Shown here: positions 1 through 12,950 of the stretch, one piece after another
How the letters are laid out: every line of letters begins with the position of its first letter
Numbering within the stretch: position 1 is the stretch's first letter
DNA from: Podarcis liolepis
Lineage: Eukaryota
DNA: 64,000 nucleotides
Strand: one strand, 5' to 3'
NCBI GenBank assembly: GCA_965112155.1
Contig: OZ218105.1
Notes under the pieces: model-generated
Told to the model about the DNA's origin: nothing
Databases searched by the model: none
The model's input: the letters and a program-made list of their open reading frames with translations, nothing else
Translations under genes and position numbers: made by a program

Positions 1-2329
1 CCCTTCCTCTCCTGTGATCAAAACCAATTCTTATTTTTCCCTGAATGTACTGTCAGATCTCTGTATTCTGTCAAAAGAACAAGGGGATGATTTTATGTGA
101 GTGGTGTTTTTATACTTGAGCTATATTTGGAATATGTGGAGTTAGGAATCTAAATAAATCTTAATGATACATGAGCATGTTCACTGTTAAGTTTTGAGGT
201 TCAGAAGCTCGCCATGACAGCCCCCATAACCACACACCCAAAGAGAGTAAAAAAAAATATGCAGGCATCTGTGCTGATCTATTATATGCCCATATGTATG
301 TACACACACATACCAGCCAGCAGCTGTACATGGCATAAAACCCAACTTAGTTGAATCAGTTGACAGTCACAGAATGGTAAGCTATTCTCGTTTTCTGACT
401 TCCCCTGTGCTCCTATAGCACAATCAATCATGACTTCCCCTATGCTACTATACCACAAACAATAGTAGAACTTGAAAGCCTAATTATATCACCTCATTCA
501 CTTGCCAGAATGTGGAGAATCTGTCAATTACTCCTATTCTATGGAGAACGGGATTCTGGAACTGCACCCCCCCCCCCATGTTTCCCCTCCTCTGCATTAC
601 TGAATAAAGGGCATACTTCTGATTGAAAAAAAGATAAAATAGCAAGCAACTGCAGGAAGGCAGGAATGGGTTAGACTTTGAGACAAGAGGCTAAACAATT
701 TCAAAGAGGAGGCAGCAGAAACTTCCTTAAGAGATGCTCTGGCTTCTGTCAGAACATGTGCTGATTTGTTTTTGGTTTTTTTAATAGAGGTTTTATTTGT
801 GTTGGTCCATTGTTCCCCGAGGCCATTTCAGCTTCATTAATATAAATCTTATGGTGGTGGTGTGGAGGGGTTGGGAGCTTTAGAAAGGTACATGTAAGAG
901 AAATCATGTTCATCATGCCAGCATTGTTGTTCATTTATATGCACAACTAGCTGAACTAATTCAATGTATTTTTCTGTAAGAATTATTATCACCAGCAAAC
1001 GGGGGACAAGGAGGAAAGAGAGCTTGCCTATCTGATTCCTGCGGAATAGCCAGCACTCCTTGTTAACATGTTGTAAAATATTTGCTCTTGTAGCAAGAAG
1101 TGACAGTATATCAGCAGCTCTGAAATTTCCCCGAGACTGCCTGCACTTCCCTAATAAGCAACTGGAAACAAAACAAAACAAAAAAGTGCCCAGGTGTTCA
1201 ACATCTCTTGGAAAATTGACTGCAAACTGGTTTGCTCTTGCCCTCTCTCCAAGCAAAGCAGAGAGAAAAGCAAAAAGCGTACAAATATAACCTCATTAAA
1301 TAAGACAGCAAGCCTAAGTGGCATACAAGGCTATTAAGCAAACTAGATTGGCCCATAATAATAAGGAACATATTTCACGTGTGTGGTGTGGTGCTTGGGC
1401 ATTTAACAAGTAATAGGACTACCAGGTTGGCAGGTAGTTAGGCTCCTCCATCAGTATATCATTGTCAATGGCTGAGCTGTCTCAAAAGCAGCACTTATCT
1501 CATACACTTTATTGCTTGATAGCTGGCTGATTGCTTTTACAAAGCAATAAATTGATGGACTGATTCAGCAGTGACATTAGGTTATGTTCATTTTTTGTGA
1601 TTGATGCTCTGAATTAGAAAACTCTTACTGTCTCTTCACCGTTTTCCAAATATGAAATTCGAAAGAGGCAAGATGAGCATCACAAATGAAACGACACAGT
1701 GAATGCCAAGCCAGTTAAATTTCTGCATTTAAATAGCTAACTTGTTTGCTCTTTAATTAAGTGCTCATAATTTATTTGTTAATGCTGCTCATTCAAATGA
1801 AAATGATTTAAAGAAAGAGCTTCTTATATTGCTGTAGCTGAAGAGGTGCACACAAAGGCGGTTCATCTCTCAATTAAAATACACTGAACAATATTATCAA
1901 ATTTATTTATTTAAAATACTTTATATGCCATTATTTCATCACTTCTAAACAGTTTACATATAAACTATTAAAACAAATCCATGGAAATAGTACAAAAACA
2001 AGCAACATTATGAGATATAATATTTAAATTATATGTATCATCATGATACGTATTAAACACGCAAATTCAGATATACTGACATCAATTTCATTTTTACAAT
2101 TATTAATAAAAAAGAAAAATGATACAAGTAAAAGCAGAATAATAAAAAGAGAAATAGGTAAGAAAAAGTGGGGGGGGGAACATTCTCCCATTATTAAGGT
2201 CAATATTATCATACTATTCATATGATGAAATCTAAAGGATAATATTCGTTAAAACAGAATATAATTGTGATGCATCTTGAACTTTAATGTTTCAATACAT
2301 AATGAATAAACTCACATTTTCCTATGAAA

Positions 2330-3200
2330 ATATTACATAATGATCTCCTTTCTTGAGCTCTTATAAGTTTAACCAGTTGATAAAAACATTTTATAAATCA
2401 GTAGCATGGACTCTGTCTCCATCTCATTTCCTGTAACATTCTTGTCATAAACCTACTAAAAGTACAGCTAATGGATATTGTATTAAGGAGAGACACTGTT
2501 GGTTCCCTGTCAGCTAAATGCCAACATATTCCTTCTGAGCATAAGAAGTATGTACTAGATGATATTCGCCTAAAGGATGACTTGTCATTGAAGGCCTATA
2601 TATATAGGCCTTAAGGCTGATGAAGAAATACAGTAAACAAACTTGAAATTTCTCCCTTGAGCATTCCTGAAACCCAAGGCAATTGAAACAGGATGGTCAG
2701 AAATTTATGTGGTGAATATGTGCATGTATCAGCTAGCACTAGAATAATGGTTATGGCAGGAAACAGGAAAGAGGAGAGGATTGATAGCAGGTTTGGAAGG
2801 AGAAAGGAGGAGTTGGTCATAACACTCCTGAATTTTTTGCAACAGATATCAGACTGTTAGATCCAACTGAGAAAAGCCCAATGCAATTCATACAGGTGTG
2901 CAAAAGCAGTTTTATACCTTCTCTTGGGTTGAATTTGTGTCCAGATGGAGAGAATATAGAGCAGCATACGCAGTGATCCGAATGATACCAAATGCTTGAA
3001 GTCCACCTGGAAGGAGTTACCAGTTAAGCACTGTATCATACAGGGATGGTTCTGGAATTCAGAGCTGCAGTGTTTCAGAAAGAAGCACCCTCAGAAATAT
3101 ACCACTGCAAGCAATACCCTCCCAACCAAATGCGACACATGGATATTATTATATGGATGTTGGTACATAGGCGCCTAAATGATACTCATTTGTAAAGGAA
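2330..3200 (-). mobile_element. Possible very old LINE (RTE-X-like) ORF2 3' relic
   Basis: Minus-strand peptides weakly echo RT C-terminal motifs: 'GNSFQVDFKHL' ~ 'IEQVxxFKYLG', 'VLLSET' ~ 'VLLSRT', 'YPLAVLLVG' ~ 'LPSAVLEG'. Heavily degraded. Confidence 0.3.
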
Positions 3201-6200
3201 AAAAAATATATGCTCAGGTCAGGTAGTTCAAATTCAAGTGATTTGCGAGTCCAAACTTGCCACACAGCAGATTCTGGTGGTTTTGATAAAGGAAGGGTGC
3301 CACCGCTAGTTAGACCAATGTATCCCTGTTCCACATCTTTTCCCCCCAAGCCCTTGCATAAGAATTATCTTTTATTTATGTTTATCCAAGAATTCCCTGA
3401 TCTTCAGCTTTCGGCTCCCTTAACTATGACTTATTCCCACGCACTCTTGCCCACAATGCGGAGGCAACATGTTTTTATTTTTCTGTACGATCCCTGCCTG
3501 AGAGTGACAGAACATCATCATGTGCCATCACTCCCAGGGGAATTTGCTCTGACCTGCATGAAACTGGTTAACTTCTGAGGCTGTTTAGGAAAACAAAGGA
3601 ACAAAAACAAAGGCCACCCAGCATGCATTGGACCACCACATGAAGAGCTATGCAGGACTGTAGGTTCTCAAGTGGACTCATGATCCAGTCTGGATCATGG
3701 TCCACCAGATTCAAATAAGGTGAATCTGTTTTGGCATACAGGTTTGCAGATTACCCCTCCATCTCTAGAGGGAATAGAATTTATCAATATTCCTTATGTA
3801 TAAAATATGCAGGATTTTAGAAAAGGAGGCTAAAATCACGTTGGGTCCACTCTGTAACAGTTTCATTTCTTTTTACAAATAGTAGGGAACTTTTCTAAAG
3901 AGTGATTTTAGCTCCTTAGGGTGTGAACGTCTGATTCTAGTTCCTGAAGCAGAAATTCCTTTGCTCTAATTGCCTAGTCAATAGTTGTGACATATATTTG
4001 GGGTCGAGAAGCTGTTGTTATTCCATAGTGTGTGGAGGTTATGACCTTACTGTGTAGAGTAGCAAAGGCAACACTGTTTAATAAGTTGGACCTATCATGT
4101 CTCACATTTTATTTTCTTAATAGCTTGGTCCATGTGATTAGAAATATTTTAGTAGGAGCTAATTACTTTTACAAAATAGGAGAATTTCACTGGGTCGGGG
4201 GCGGGGGGGCTTTCTTTGAATCTTGTCAAGTTGAGAAAAATACAGAGGAAAAAGACTCTTCATTTCTTCTTTTTTGTTCACTTGATATTTTAGTCCAACG
4301 TTCCAATCAATAACTTAATAGCAACTACTGCAGCCTTTAGGTCCCTAAGTGAGAGTTGGCATTTAACTAATCTAATCAGTGCAGAACATTTAGATCTATG
4401 GAGTAAAAGCTATTACACTTGCTGAAAAACAGGAGATAGACTTGGACCAAAGGGAGCATGTATTATCCAATCAGATGCCTTTTGCAGAGTGTGCATCACT
4501 GTGAATGTGCTGTCTTTGATGTGATGATATTTATTGGTAAATAAATAATGCTTTAATTTATCAGAAATTTAGCCTGTCAAGCGTTTGCTAACAAAATGCA
4601 GCTATGCCTTTGGGGCTACTGTGGAATTGTACAGGATGTTTGTATTCATGTAGATTATTCATGTTTGGCATGTTAGTCATCTCCATACAGCTGAGCAAGG
4701 GCATCATAAGCATCATTTAGATACAGTTAGAGAAAATATAAGAGTAACAGGCTGATCCCAAACACTGATCCCAGTCTGTCTCACTGAACGGGGTGAACAC
4801 TCAGAGGAGTGAACTGTGCCTCATTCCACTGAAGCCAATATTTCCATAATCTTTGATATTTTAAACTTCTGGTTTTGAGGTGCAGCTCTCTATTCTTCTG
4901 AAAAGTTCATAATTTTTCTTCTGCTTTTCCAAAAAAGCAAAACAAGACAAGCAGATAAAAAGTCCCTATTTTTCTACTACATGAATAGGCCTATGAAACT
5001 GGGAGGGCAGTTTAGACACAGCATTAATTCAAATAATCTTAGAGTTGGAGTTCTTATATTTAAGATAATATTGCTACATCTGTAAATATTGTTTAGTGAA
5101 AATAGTCCTCTACAGTCCTCAGCTTTTAAAACTTTATCTGATCAGTACACAATTGCAGAGCACTCTAGATGTAATCATCAGACCCTCAAAACTGAAGTAC
5201 TTGTGCAGTTAATGGTTTGGCAATTGCAGATCTAGAAATAGGTCAGTTCGGATTGAAAACGAAATCATGGAATAAAGGGTGCATTCAGACATAGGAATTA
5301 CTGCTTTTGTTTTCCTGTTATAATTGCTTGAACTTATCTATGTTCCTAATGTTCCTCTTATACTGTTGCATTCTGGAACTGTGGCTTTTTGAGTGATATA
5401 CCCCCACGTTGTATTAAATTCCATTCATTCACCAGTGGATGTGCTGTGTCGCAATAGCAGACATCATTGGACATCCTGCCACTCTTTATGCACAGGGGTG
5501 CTTCTGTTCCCCATGTTTTACCTCTGAAAACAGAGGGAAAGAACTGTATGCTCAAATACTGTCTCAGATTTCATCACGTTATGATCCATGAAAATGGGGA
5601 AATTATAGTGCAAAACAATCTTGTAGTTTTACAGGTTGCAAATGGAATTTTTACCTTTTTTTGGAAGCAATTAACAGATTTCCATAAATGGTTTGCATTG
5701 TGTGAAAAAAATAAAACACAGAAATTATCAGGTAAGAAAACATCAGGAAAGAAGAAGAAAGTTGTCTGGATGCAGCCAAAAGTAAGGTTTCTAGTGCAAG
5801 ACTCAGTCTCCCATGGAAGTTTCAGAACTTATTTAATAGGAATAAGAAATAGAACCTGAAAGGTTCATTGTTTAGGGTTAGGCCTTTCAGCATGATTAAA
5901 AGGTAGACATTTCCTCTGGTGTTTTGCACAGCAGAATATCTGAGCCTTTCGTAATTAAATTAGTTATGAAGCCAGCCAGTATTTCATCAGGAGTGACTGA
6001 GATAAACATATTCTATGGGGGGAAACTGGAGAGATCCTTTGGACTATTTCACAGGACATTTTGGAAGCATTCCTAATCTTGAGACTTTGGTGGCAGGGAG
6101 ACTCCAAAAGTCTCATTGGGGTAGGCTGCTGTCATGTAAAGGCAATAAAGCAAGCAAGGATGGATGCAGTAATCTCTGTTCCTGTGCCACTATGCCCGTT

Positions 6201-6961
6201 ACCCTCCATCAGCTGGAGACTACCTGAATGATTTAGAACCCCAATTTTGCAGGGTTCTAGATTATGCGGGGAGCCTGCTCCCTGCTTCAGAAGTCACTAT
6301 CAAGCTCATAGAAAAGAATGTGCATGTTTCTGACCTTTACAGATAAGTATCATGACATAATAAGGCTAAAATCTTTGTAAGGATAATAAATAGTAGTAGC
6401 AGCAGTATTTTCATTTCTATACTACAAACTATAGAAAGTTGCATAAATTGTCAGAGTCATGTTGGTTCCCTCTTGGAGCTTCAACGACCCCAGGAGGCAG
6501 GAATTGTTGCAACTCCCACTGGTGAACATGTGTCCCAAGGCCCATGAGAGTGTGTCATTCTTGTGAGTCAAGAAATTAATGAACTACTTCTGTACTATTA
6601 AATTTAATTTCTGGCCAAGCATTTAAAGGATTACTTTTCATTAGTGTACATAAAGAATACTATCTATCATATATAGATGTGGTAACCCAGTCCTTAACTT
6701 TGGATAACAGCTACAAGGAAGGACATTGCCAGGGTTTGCCATTTCTTGGTTCTGGTTTGGTAAGTTTCTTCCCTCTCCCTGATGCTATCTAGAATGCTAG
6801 CACAACCATGACTATAGTGTTGATATACCTGGAAAATATCTGTGTCTAATTTGGTTCATAATTGGCCTCAGGATGCCAAGCTATTTTTTATTTGGGTGGG
6901 AGGTTTTTCCTTTTTCTGACCCCAAAATGTGGATCAGTATCTTTGGGTGGGCCATCTATGG

Positions 6962-7272
6962 GTCTCTCCTGCTCCAGAGGGTAGGATCTGAACCAATGGA
7001 TTCAAGTTACAAGAAAGAGGATTCTAACTAAACATCAGGAAGAATTGTTTGACAATGGAATGGACTCCCTCAGAAGTGGTGAACTCTCCTTCCTTGGAGG
7101 TTTTTAAGCAGAAGTTGGATGGCCATCTGTCAACATCATCAGCATCATTGCATTATTATTTATACCCCACCCATCTGACTGTGTTTCATGTATGATCTAG
7201 TTGAGATTCTTGCATTGCAGGAAGTTGGACTAAGTGACTCTTGAGGTCCTTTCCAACTCTACCATTTTATGT
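6962..7272 (+). mobile_element. CR1 LINE 3' end, interrupted by an L2-type tail fragment (~7133-7190)
   Basis: CR1 ORF2 end and 3'UTR: 'aatggattcaagttacaagaaagagg...ccttccttggaggtttttaagcag...gttggactaagtgactcttgaggtcctttccaactct'. Confidence 0.85.
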
Positions 7273-7506
7273 TTCTTTGACAAGCCGGTTTCAACAATAC
7301 TTGTGACCTTTTTCATGCATCCTAGTTCTGAGACCATTTACTTTAGTCCTTATTGCTGAATAGTTGTTCAAATACCTGAATCCCAAGAGTGGCCTTCATT
7401 GCAAGCAACGTCTTTTGCAATAGCTTGCAAAGTCAAGAGCAAAAGGAGGCACTTTGAATAAGCATCTGTTAGGATGAAAACTTCCATCGACAGCAGGAAT
7501 TCCTGG

Positions 7507-7622
7507 TCAAAATAAAAAAAAATTTCTTCCAGTAGCACCTTAAAGACCAACTAAGTTAGTTCTTGGTATGAGCTTTCGTGTGCATGCACACTTCTTCAGA
7601 TACCACTTCTTCAGATACCCAG
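7507..7622 (-). mobile_element. Short Penelope-like element terminus
   Basis: Minus strand reads 'gtatctgaagaagtgtgcatgcacacgaaagctcataccaagaactaacttagttggtctttaaggtgctactgg', a typical PLE terminal repeat. Flanked by ATTCCTGG at 7499-7506 and 7623-7630. Confidence 0.8.
7565..7604 (-). ncRNA. Minimal type I hammerhead ribozyme motif
   Basis: GGUAU-CUGAAGA-A-GUGUG(CAUG)CACAC-GAAA-GC-UC-AUACC. Stem I 5 bp, intact core boxes, stem II 5 bp, palindromic AGCU in place of stem III. Confidence 0.8.
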
Positions 7623-8473
7623 ATTCCTGGGGCAGTCTCAGCTACTCCTTCAGAGGGAAACTAGCATGGAACATTTACTCAGGTGCTGATTTCCATGTTA
7701 TGTTCAGCCTGGCTATAGATAGAATGTCATCCCTTCAAAAAGTAATCCCTTTTGCTTCTGAATCTTTTCCCCACCCCAAGCCATAAGTATTCTGGGCTTG
7801 TGGACATAATTTGTCAAGACAACCTTTCTTTCGACAGAGAGTTGATAACAGTCCAAACTTCCAGCTGATTGTGTAAGACAGCAAACTCCTTAAAACAGAC
7901 ATCATTCTTCCTTTTGTTGTTTGGCTCTTTAGATTCCCCACTATCCTTCACTTTAAGTGCACATCCACTGTTGGATAGGATGACAAGACAAGGTAGCATG
8001 TCATTTATTTAAACTATAGCCTTTTATCACACCGAAAGCAAGGCTCTGGACCTTGTCGGATTTTGTATTCAATAGAAACACTCAGGTCATTGCTCCTAGA
8101 TTTAGCTGATAGTTACAAGTATTTTACCAATCTCAAGTTCCTTTGTTATTCTTCACAGCTTCCCCCACCCCCAGGAAAAAAAGAGAAAACATTTATATAC
8201 TAGGATTACATTTAAGAGCAACAGAGATACAATCATCTACTACTAATTATACTTTGTCAGAAATGGTTAAATATTATTTCTATTATTCCTTATGGGTTTG
8301 GTCACTTCTAGATTACTACCAGATTGATAATCATACTCCATGTACAGTGTTTTAGCAAATGCCTAATTCAGTCAAGAAAGATTAAATGAATTTTGAAATA
8401 TCACCTGGCAGCAAACAGGGATCCATGAGTGATTGAGCCCTTTCATTTGCATTATTATTCACATAGTAACTTC

Positions 8474-8990
8474 TCAAACCCTTGGTGAATTAGGGACTCT
8501 CCTTGCATTTGAAGACAGGCTTAGGCAGACTGAGCAAATGAGGCCAGTAGTAAGTCCAATGGTCAATAAGGTGGTTTCTACATGTGCTGTAGAGGAAAGT
8601 GGGCAGATGGTAGCCCATCTTGGAGAAGGACAACTCTGATTATACACCTCCACTGCCTTGTGGGCTATCTTAAGGAGAAGAGAAGATCAAGGCGTAAACC
8701 TTACACAAATCTGGAGTGGAGTCCCTAAGACAGTTGGATAGCACTTTGTACGCCTCATTCTAGCAACTCCTGCAGCCAAGCTGGTGCCAAACATATTGCT
8801 CTGCTTTCCTTTGGACCACATCAAAGAGGCCAAGGGGGGGGGGGTCTAGTTGCATGGACAGCTCAGGATCGCCATACAAACTGTCCAGGCTTGTGCCCTG
8901 ATGAAGTTACTTTGGTGCTGCTAATGCAGCAGTTTAACTTCACACACAGAGGTGTACTACACTGTCTTTTGAGGCAGATGGATGCCAACA
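8474..8990 (+). mobile_element. Non-autonomous RTE-derived retroposon (RTE 5'UTR joined to RTE 3' end)
   Basis: Exact 9-bp TSD AGTAACTTC (8465-8473 / 8991-8999). RTE 5'UTR motif 'gcccatcttggagaaggacaactctgat...cctccactgccttg'. RTE-type end 'ctgtcttttgaggcagatggatgccaaca'. Confidence 0.75.
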
Positions 8991-9839
8991 AGTAACTTCA
9001 GATGTGCATTTAGAAGTTCCCAATATCTTATTTCCATGTTTCGCAGAACAATTCTTACTAAACAAAATAAATAAACAGTACTAATAGCCTCTAGAGGCTT
9101 GTCATGGAACAACCACAACAATTATACTCTCTTCAAGCAAAACCTATTAATTAATGAGGTTCTATTTTCATGGTGATTTATCCTTTTTCAAAAGCTCTTG
9201 TTAATAAGGATTGGGAACCAGTTGACTCTGTTTTTCTCTCTCTCAAGCAAATATTTTATTAACCACAGGAGAATGGAGGGAGTCCCCCAATTAGTGAAAC
9301 TGATTGATACTTAAATGTGCAACTCCTGCTGAGAAATTTTGTGACTATCAAAGAGGATAACTTGAGATTTTAAAAGAAGGAAACAGTCAACAAGTCTTTC
9401 TCTTCAAATATTCAGAATTTAGATATATATTCATCTTTCAAAGCCAACAATATGTACATATTAATGAGGAGGAAAATTCTAACATCCTGGTGCTCTCCGT
9501 TTTTTTACTGGAAAACGTCAACATTTTTCAGATTTTCAAGAGGACTGTTCATAAATTAATGAAGCCTTTGTTTCAACTACTGTATTATGCAGATTGCAAA
9601 GATTGATATCACTCTTGAATATAATGGAATCAGATACATTTTCTACCACTTGCTGCACCAAAGGAACATGCAAACCAGGAGCTTTGTGGTATTAGCACAG
9701 AGTATGTCTATGTAATGTCATTTAGAGTGGCCATTAAAATTTTGGAGAATGGTGGCGTCAGTTCACTGATGACATGCTGCTCTTCTTCTCTATAACATCA
9801 GAATAAAGTGAGGCTGTGTAACCTCTGGACCAGTGAATT

Positions 9840-10350
9840 TGAGTCCTGGGATGACAGAGGCTGTATCTGTAGGGGGTTCCCATGGCTATCTTAGATAGGG
9901 TTGTATTCTCTCTAAAAGAGCAGGCATGTAACTTGAAGGTATTCCTGGACATACCTTTGTCACCAGAGCACCAAGTGATCTCAGTGGCTAGGAGGACCTT
10001 TTACCAGACACATCATCTATGGGTGTATCTGGATCAGGATAAACTATCTTCAGTCCAAGTACCGGTATTTAGAACCTCAAAACCTTTATGTGGGTCTCAA
10101 AATTCAGGCTTTTAGTTTTGCTGGTCCCATACTGTAGAACAGTCTTCCAGCAGCGATTCAGCAGGCATCCTTGTTTTTGACTTTCAGGCATTTCTGGAAG
10201 ACTTTTTTATGCCAACAGGCCTATACATTTAGTTAATTTTCTTGAGTAGCTAGCTTTTTAAATAAATGTTCCATATTTCTTTGAAGGTTTTTTATATTCT
10301 TCTATACCACACTGTTATTTCAGTGAGAAAGCAGTAATTAAATAAATTTA
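9840..10350 (+). mobile_element. L2 LINE ORF2 3' relic
   Basis: ORF 9882-10115 'LDRVVFSLKEQACNLKVFLDIPLSPEHQVISVARRTFYQ' matches L2 'LDGVALPLKEQVRNLGVLLD..LS.E.QV..VAR.AFYQ'. An L2-like 3' end follows. Confidence 0.8.
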
Positions 10351-11025
10351 TAAGTAGATAAACCAGCAGTAATTATTTCTTGAGACCCAGATATTCTGAA
10401 GGAGTCTTGCTTGGAATTATATGTCTATGGGTGTTGTTGGTCAAAAATAGTGTCCACATTTGTTGGCATGTTTGTGCCACACCAGCTTTTTGTAAAGTTT
10501 CACTTTGTGCAGCCATGCCATTAAGCACATTCACACAACCAGCTGTCCTTGTTTATCAATACCCACACAGTACCAAATTAATACATGTACTGCTAAATTA
10601 ATACATGTGTCTGGTTTTCACGGAACCTATGAAGTGGCAGCTGTCAAAGGATTTGCCTCTTACATGTTTTATGTGAGTCAGTGCTAAATTGGAGCTCTTC
10701 CAAGTAGCCGCTCATCTGAACTCTCTGTACCGAAACCATCTAGAAATCAGAGCATGAACTATCTAAAGCTCTGATTGTATTGTTCAAATTGCATAGCATG
10801 AAAGGAGAAAAGACAGGCAGGTAAACCAAATTAGATTCAACTTTCACATAGTGATTCTGGTTTGGGAAAAATAAAGGCTGGGTTGATTTTCTAACTGATG
10901 TTTCACCTCATTAATAAATATTGTAAACACAAGGGGGGGGGTTCCAGACTTAGGAAGCAAACGTATAGCTCTGAAAGGAGGGAGTTCTGGAAGTGTGATG
11001 AAGCAAGACTGGGATGTGGGGTGTG

Positions 11026-11150
11026 GGAAGTTTTTGATGTATAGGGAAGTTTTAAATGTTTGATGTCTTACTGTGTTTTAATGTGTTGGAAGCTGCCCAG
11101 AGTGGCTGGGAAAACCCACTCAGATGGGTGGCATATAAATACTAAATATA
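11026..11150 (+). mobile_element. L2-type 3' tail fragment
   Basis: 'tgttggaagctgcccagagtggctgggaaaacccactcagatgggtggcatataaat' with the L2 terminal stem-loop and an AT-rich tail. Confidence 0.75.
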
Positions 11151-11230
11151 TTATATTATATTATATTATATTATATTATATTATATTATATTATATTATA
11201 TTATATTATATTATATTATATTATATTATT
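11148..11230. repeat. (TATTA)n microsatellite at the L2 tail
   Basis: About 16 perfect pentamer units. Confidence 0.97.
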
Positions 11231-11494
11231 AATCTGGCAACCCATAGTAAGTTAAGCCAGCACAAAGGGTGGTGTAACTCAAAAACTGTTTTAAATGCTT
11301 GTTTTCCCTGGCTTAATCTGCAGCAGTCCCACTGCTTAACAGAGCTCGGATCTGGTGTGATGTTATTTTTGCTTAACTTACACTGGTTTGTTTTTTGCCA
11401 GCTTCTTCTGTATTGGGTTGTTCCCTTAGAGATGCTCTTAAAAACCCATTGAAGTCAAGGGGACTTTAGGTTATGATTGACTTATTGATTGATA

Positions 11495-12040
11495 ATACTT
11501 ATTTAGAACTTAATATACAAGCCTCTAAATGGTTTACATAAAATATGCCATAAAATCACAACTCGGAATACATATACAGTATAAAACTCATAACCATAAA
11601 GCCAAGCGGTGCATATTGATTTCAGGCCAGGGAATTTCTACCCTACTTCTAGAAGCAGATGGGTTTTCAGCTGCTTAAAACACATTACAGTTCCTGCTTC
11701 TCAAACGGCACATGGGAGGATGTTTCAGAGAGTGTGTGCGCCACTACCAAGGAGGCTGGCTTTTATGTAGATATTCCACTGATCTTGGAACAGCTAGCTG
11801 GATCTCAAAGGTCTCTCCCTCTCTCTCTCTTTAGTTTGCTAGGTATCCTAACCCAAAGTTGTTTAGGGCTTGATATATCAACAATAAGACTTTGAACATG
11901 GCTCAGGAGCAAACAGGCAGACAGTGCAGTCATTTTAATACAGGTGAAGCATCCAAATGGTTAGATAGCCTACTAAGCATCCTAATCACTGTGTTCTGCA
12001 TTAGCTTCAACTTCTGAACCCAAGCACCAAGGTAGTCCCT
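11495..12040 (-). mobile_element. Old L2 LINE 3' relic
   Basis: Plus-strand 'aataagactttgaacatggctcaggagcaaacaggcagacagtgcag' is the reverse of the L2 'LHWLPV..R..FKVL' region. The tail lies near 11495. Confidence 0.6.
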
Positions 12041-12276
12041 TGTGATTATTGATTTTAGTGGGTCCACTCCAGCCAACACTGAGTTTGGATCCAACCCAGT
12101 GTCTAGTCAAACCAAACCTGAGCCAAAACACAGACCAAGTCATATTTCCAAACTGGAGCAACCCAAACCAGACCAAATGCTCCTGACCAAATGTTACCGG
12201 TTGAAGAAGACATTGTTCAAGGCCCAAGTCACGGACCAGAATGAATGCTGAGACAGTAAAGTGAGAATCTGAATAA

Positions 12277-12421
12277 CAGAATCATAGTTGGAAAGGAAGA
12301 TGAGAATCATCTAGTAGTCCAACCCCCCCCCCCCACAGTACAAGAATATGCTGCTGTCCTTATGGGGATCAAACCTGCAACCTTGGTGTTTTCATCACCA
12401 CACCCTAACAAGCTCAGCTAT
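12277..12421 (-). mobile_element. tRNA(Ile)-derived SINE with CR1 3' tail
   Basis: Minus-strand head 'tagctgagcttgttagggtgtggtgatgaaaacaccaaggttgcaggtttgatcccc' resembles tRNA-Ile. The tail 'ttggacta..tagatgattctc..ttccaactatgattct' is CR1-type. Confidence 0.7.
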
Positions 12422-12499
12422 TCTGTTGTAGAATATACACACAATGGCCTGTGCATTTCTGCTTCATCTCCTCTGCATTTGTTCTATTCAAAGCATCAT

Positions 12500-12950
12500 A
12501 AAAGCTGGATGGAGATGGTCAGTTGCCTGTCTAGAGACAGGACTACCTTTGGATAGAGGGTGAGGGTTAACTTTTCCTGCTGTGCTCTTATAAGAAGGGG
12601 AACATCCTACAGGATCTTGTGAGAGGGGAGCCCATAAGGAACCTGGGAGGAGGATAGGCTTGAGGCTTGCCAAATATCTTCCCCTGGTTGCCCAGTGGGA
12701 CTTTGGACACTTGGCTTACACCATGTCATGGTCCAACACTGGCCAACTCCCACAGTAGAGGATGGGATGTTTCCCAAACCCAAGCAGAATGGATTTCCAT
12801 CAGCAAGGACTGAGCAGAATAAGTAATTGATCCTTGCCCTACTGCCATGCCAATCCCATTTACCTGCTGGTTAGTCAATAAAGTTGTGGTCTGATTTCAC
12901 TCAACACAGGTGTCTAGTCTGAGTTATTTCCATCACACTCGTGAGCCACA
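12500..12950 (+). mobile_element. Degraded LTR-like or DIRS-group terminal repeat
   Basis: 'aataaagttgtggtc...gtgtctagtctgagttatttcc' parallels the 3' part of the element at 29670-30533. Boundaries are approximate. Confidence 0.45.

Noticed and set aside
2591-2612. Perfect 22-bp palindrome AAGGCCTATATATATAGGCCTT
   Set aside because: Ten bases are a TA run. The remaining 6-bp arms are plausible by chance.
5635-5731. AG...GTAAGA-bounded candidate exon within ORF 5467-5859
   Set aside because: Very AT-rich, unrecognisable peptide and no partner exons. A non-coding exon cannot be excluded.
8897-8945. CTGATGA followed by a hairpin (hammerhead-like)
   Set aside because: No GAAA box after the stem. 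It is only a hairpin near the retroposon 3' end.
11060-11452. 130-aa ORF with YYIIL repeats
   Set aside because: Read-through of the (TATTA)n microsatellite.
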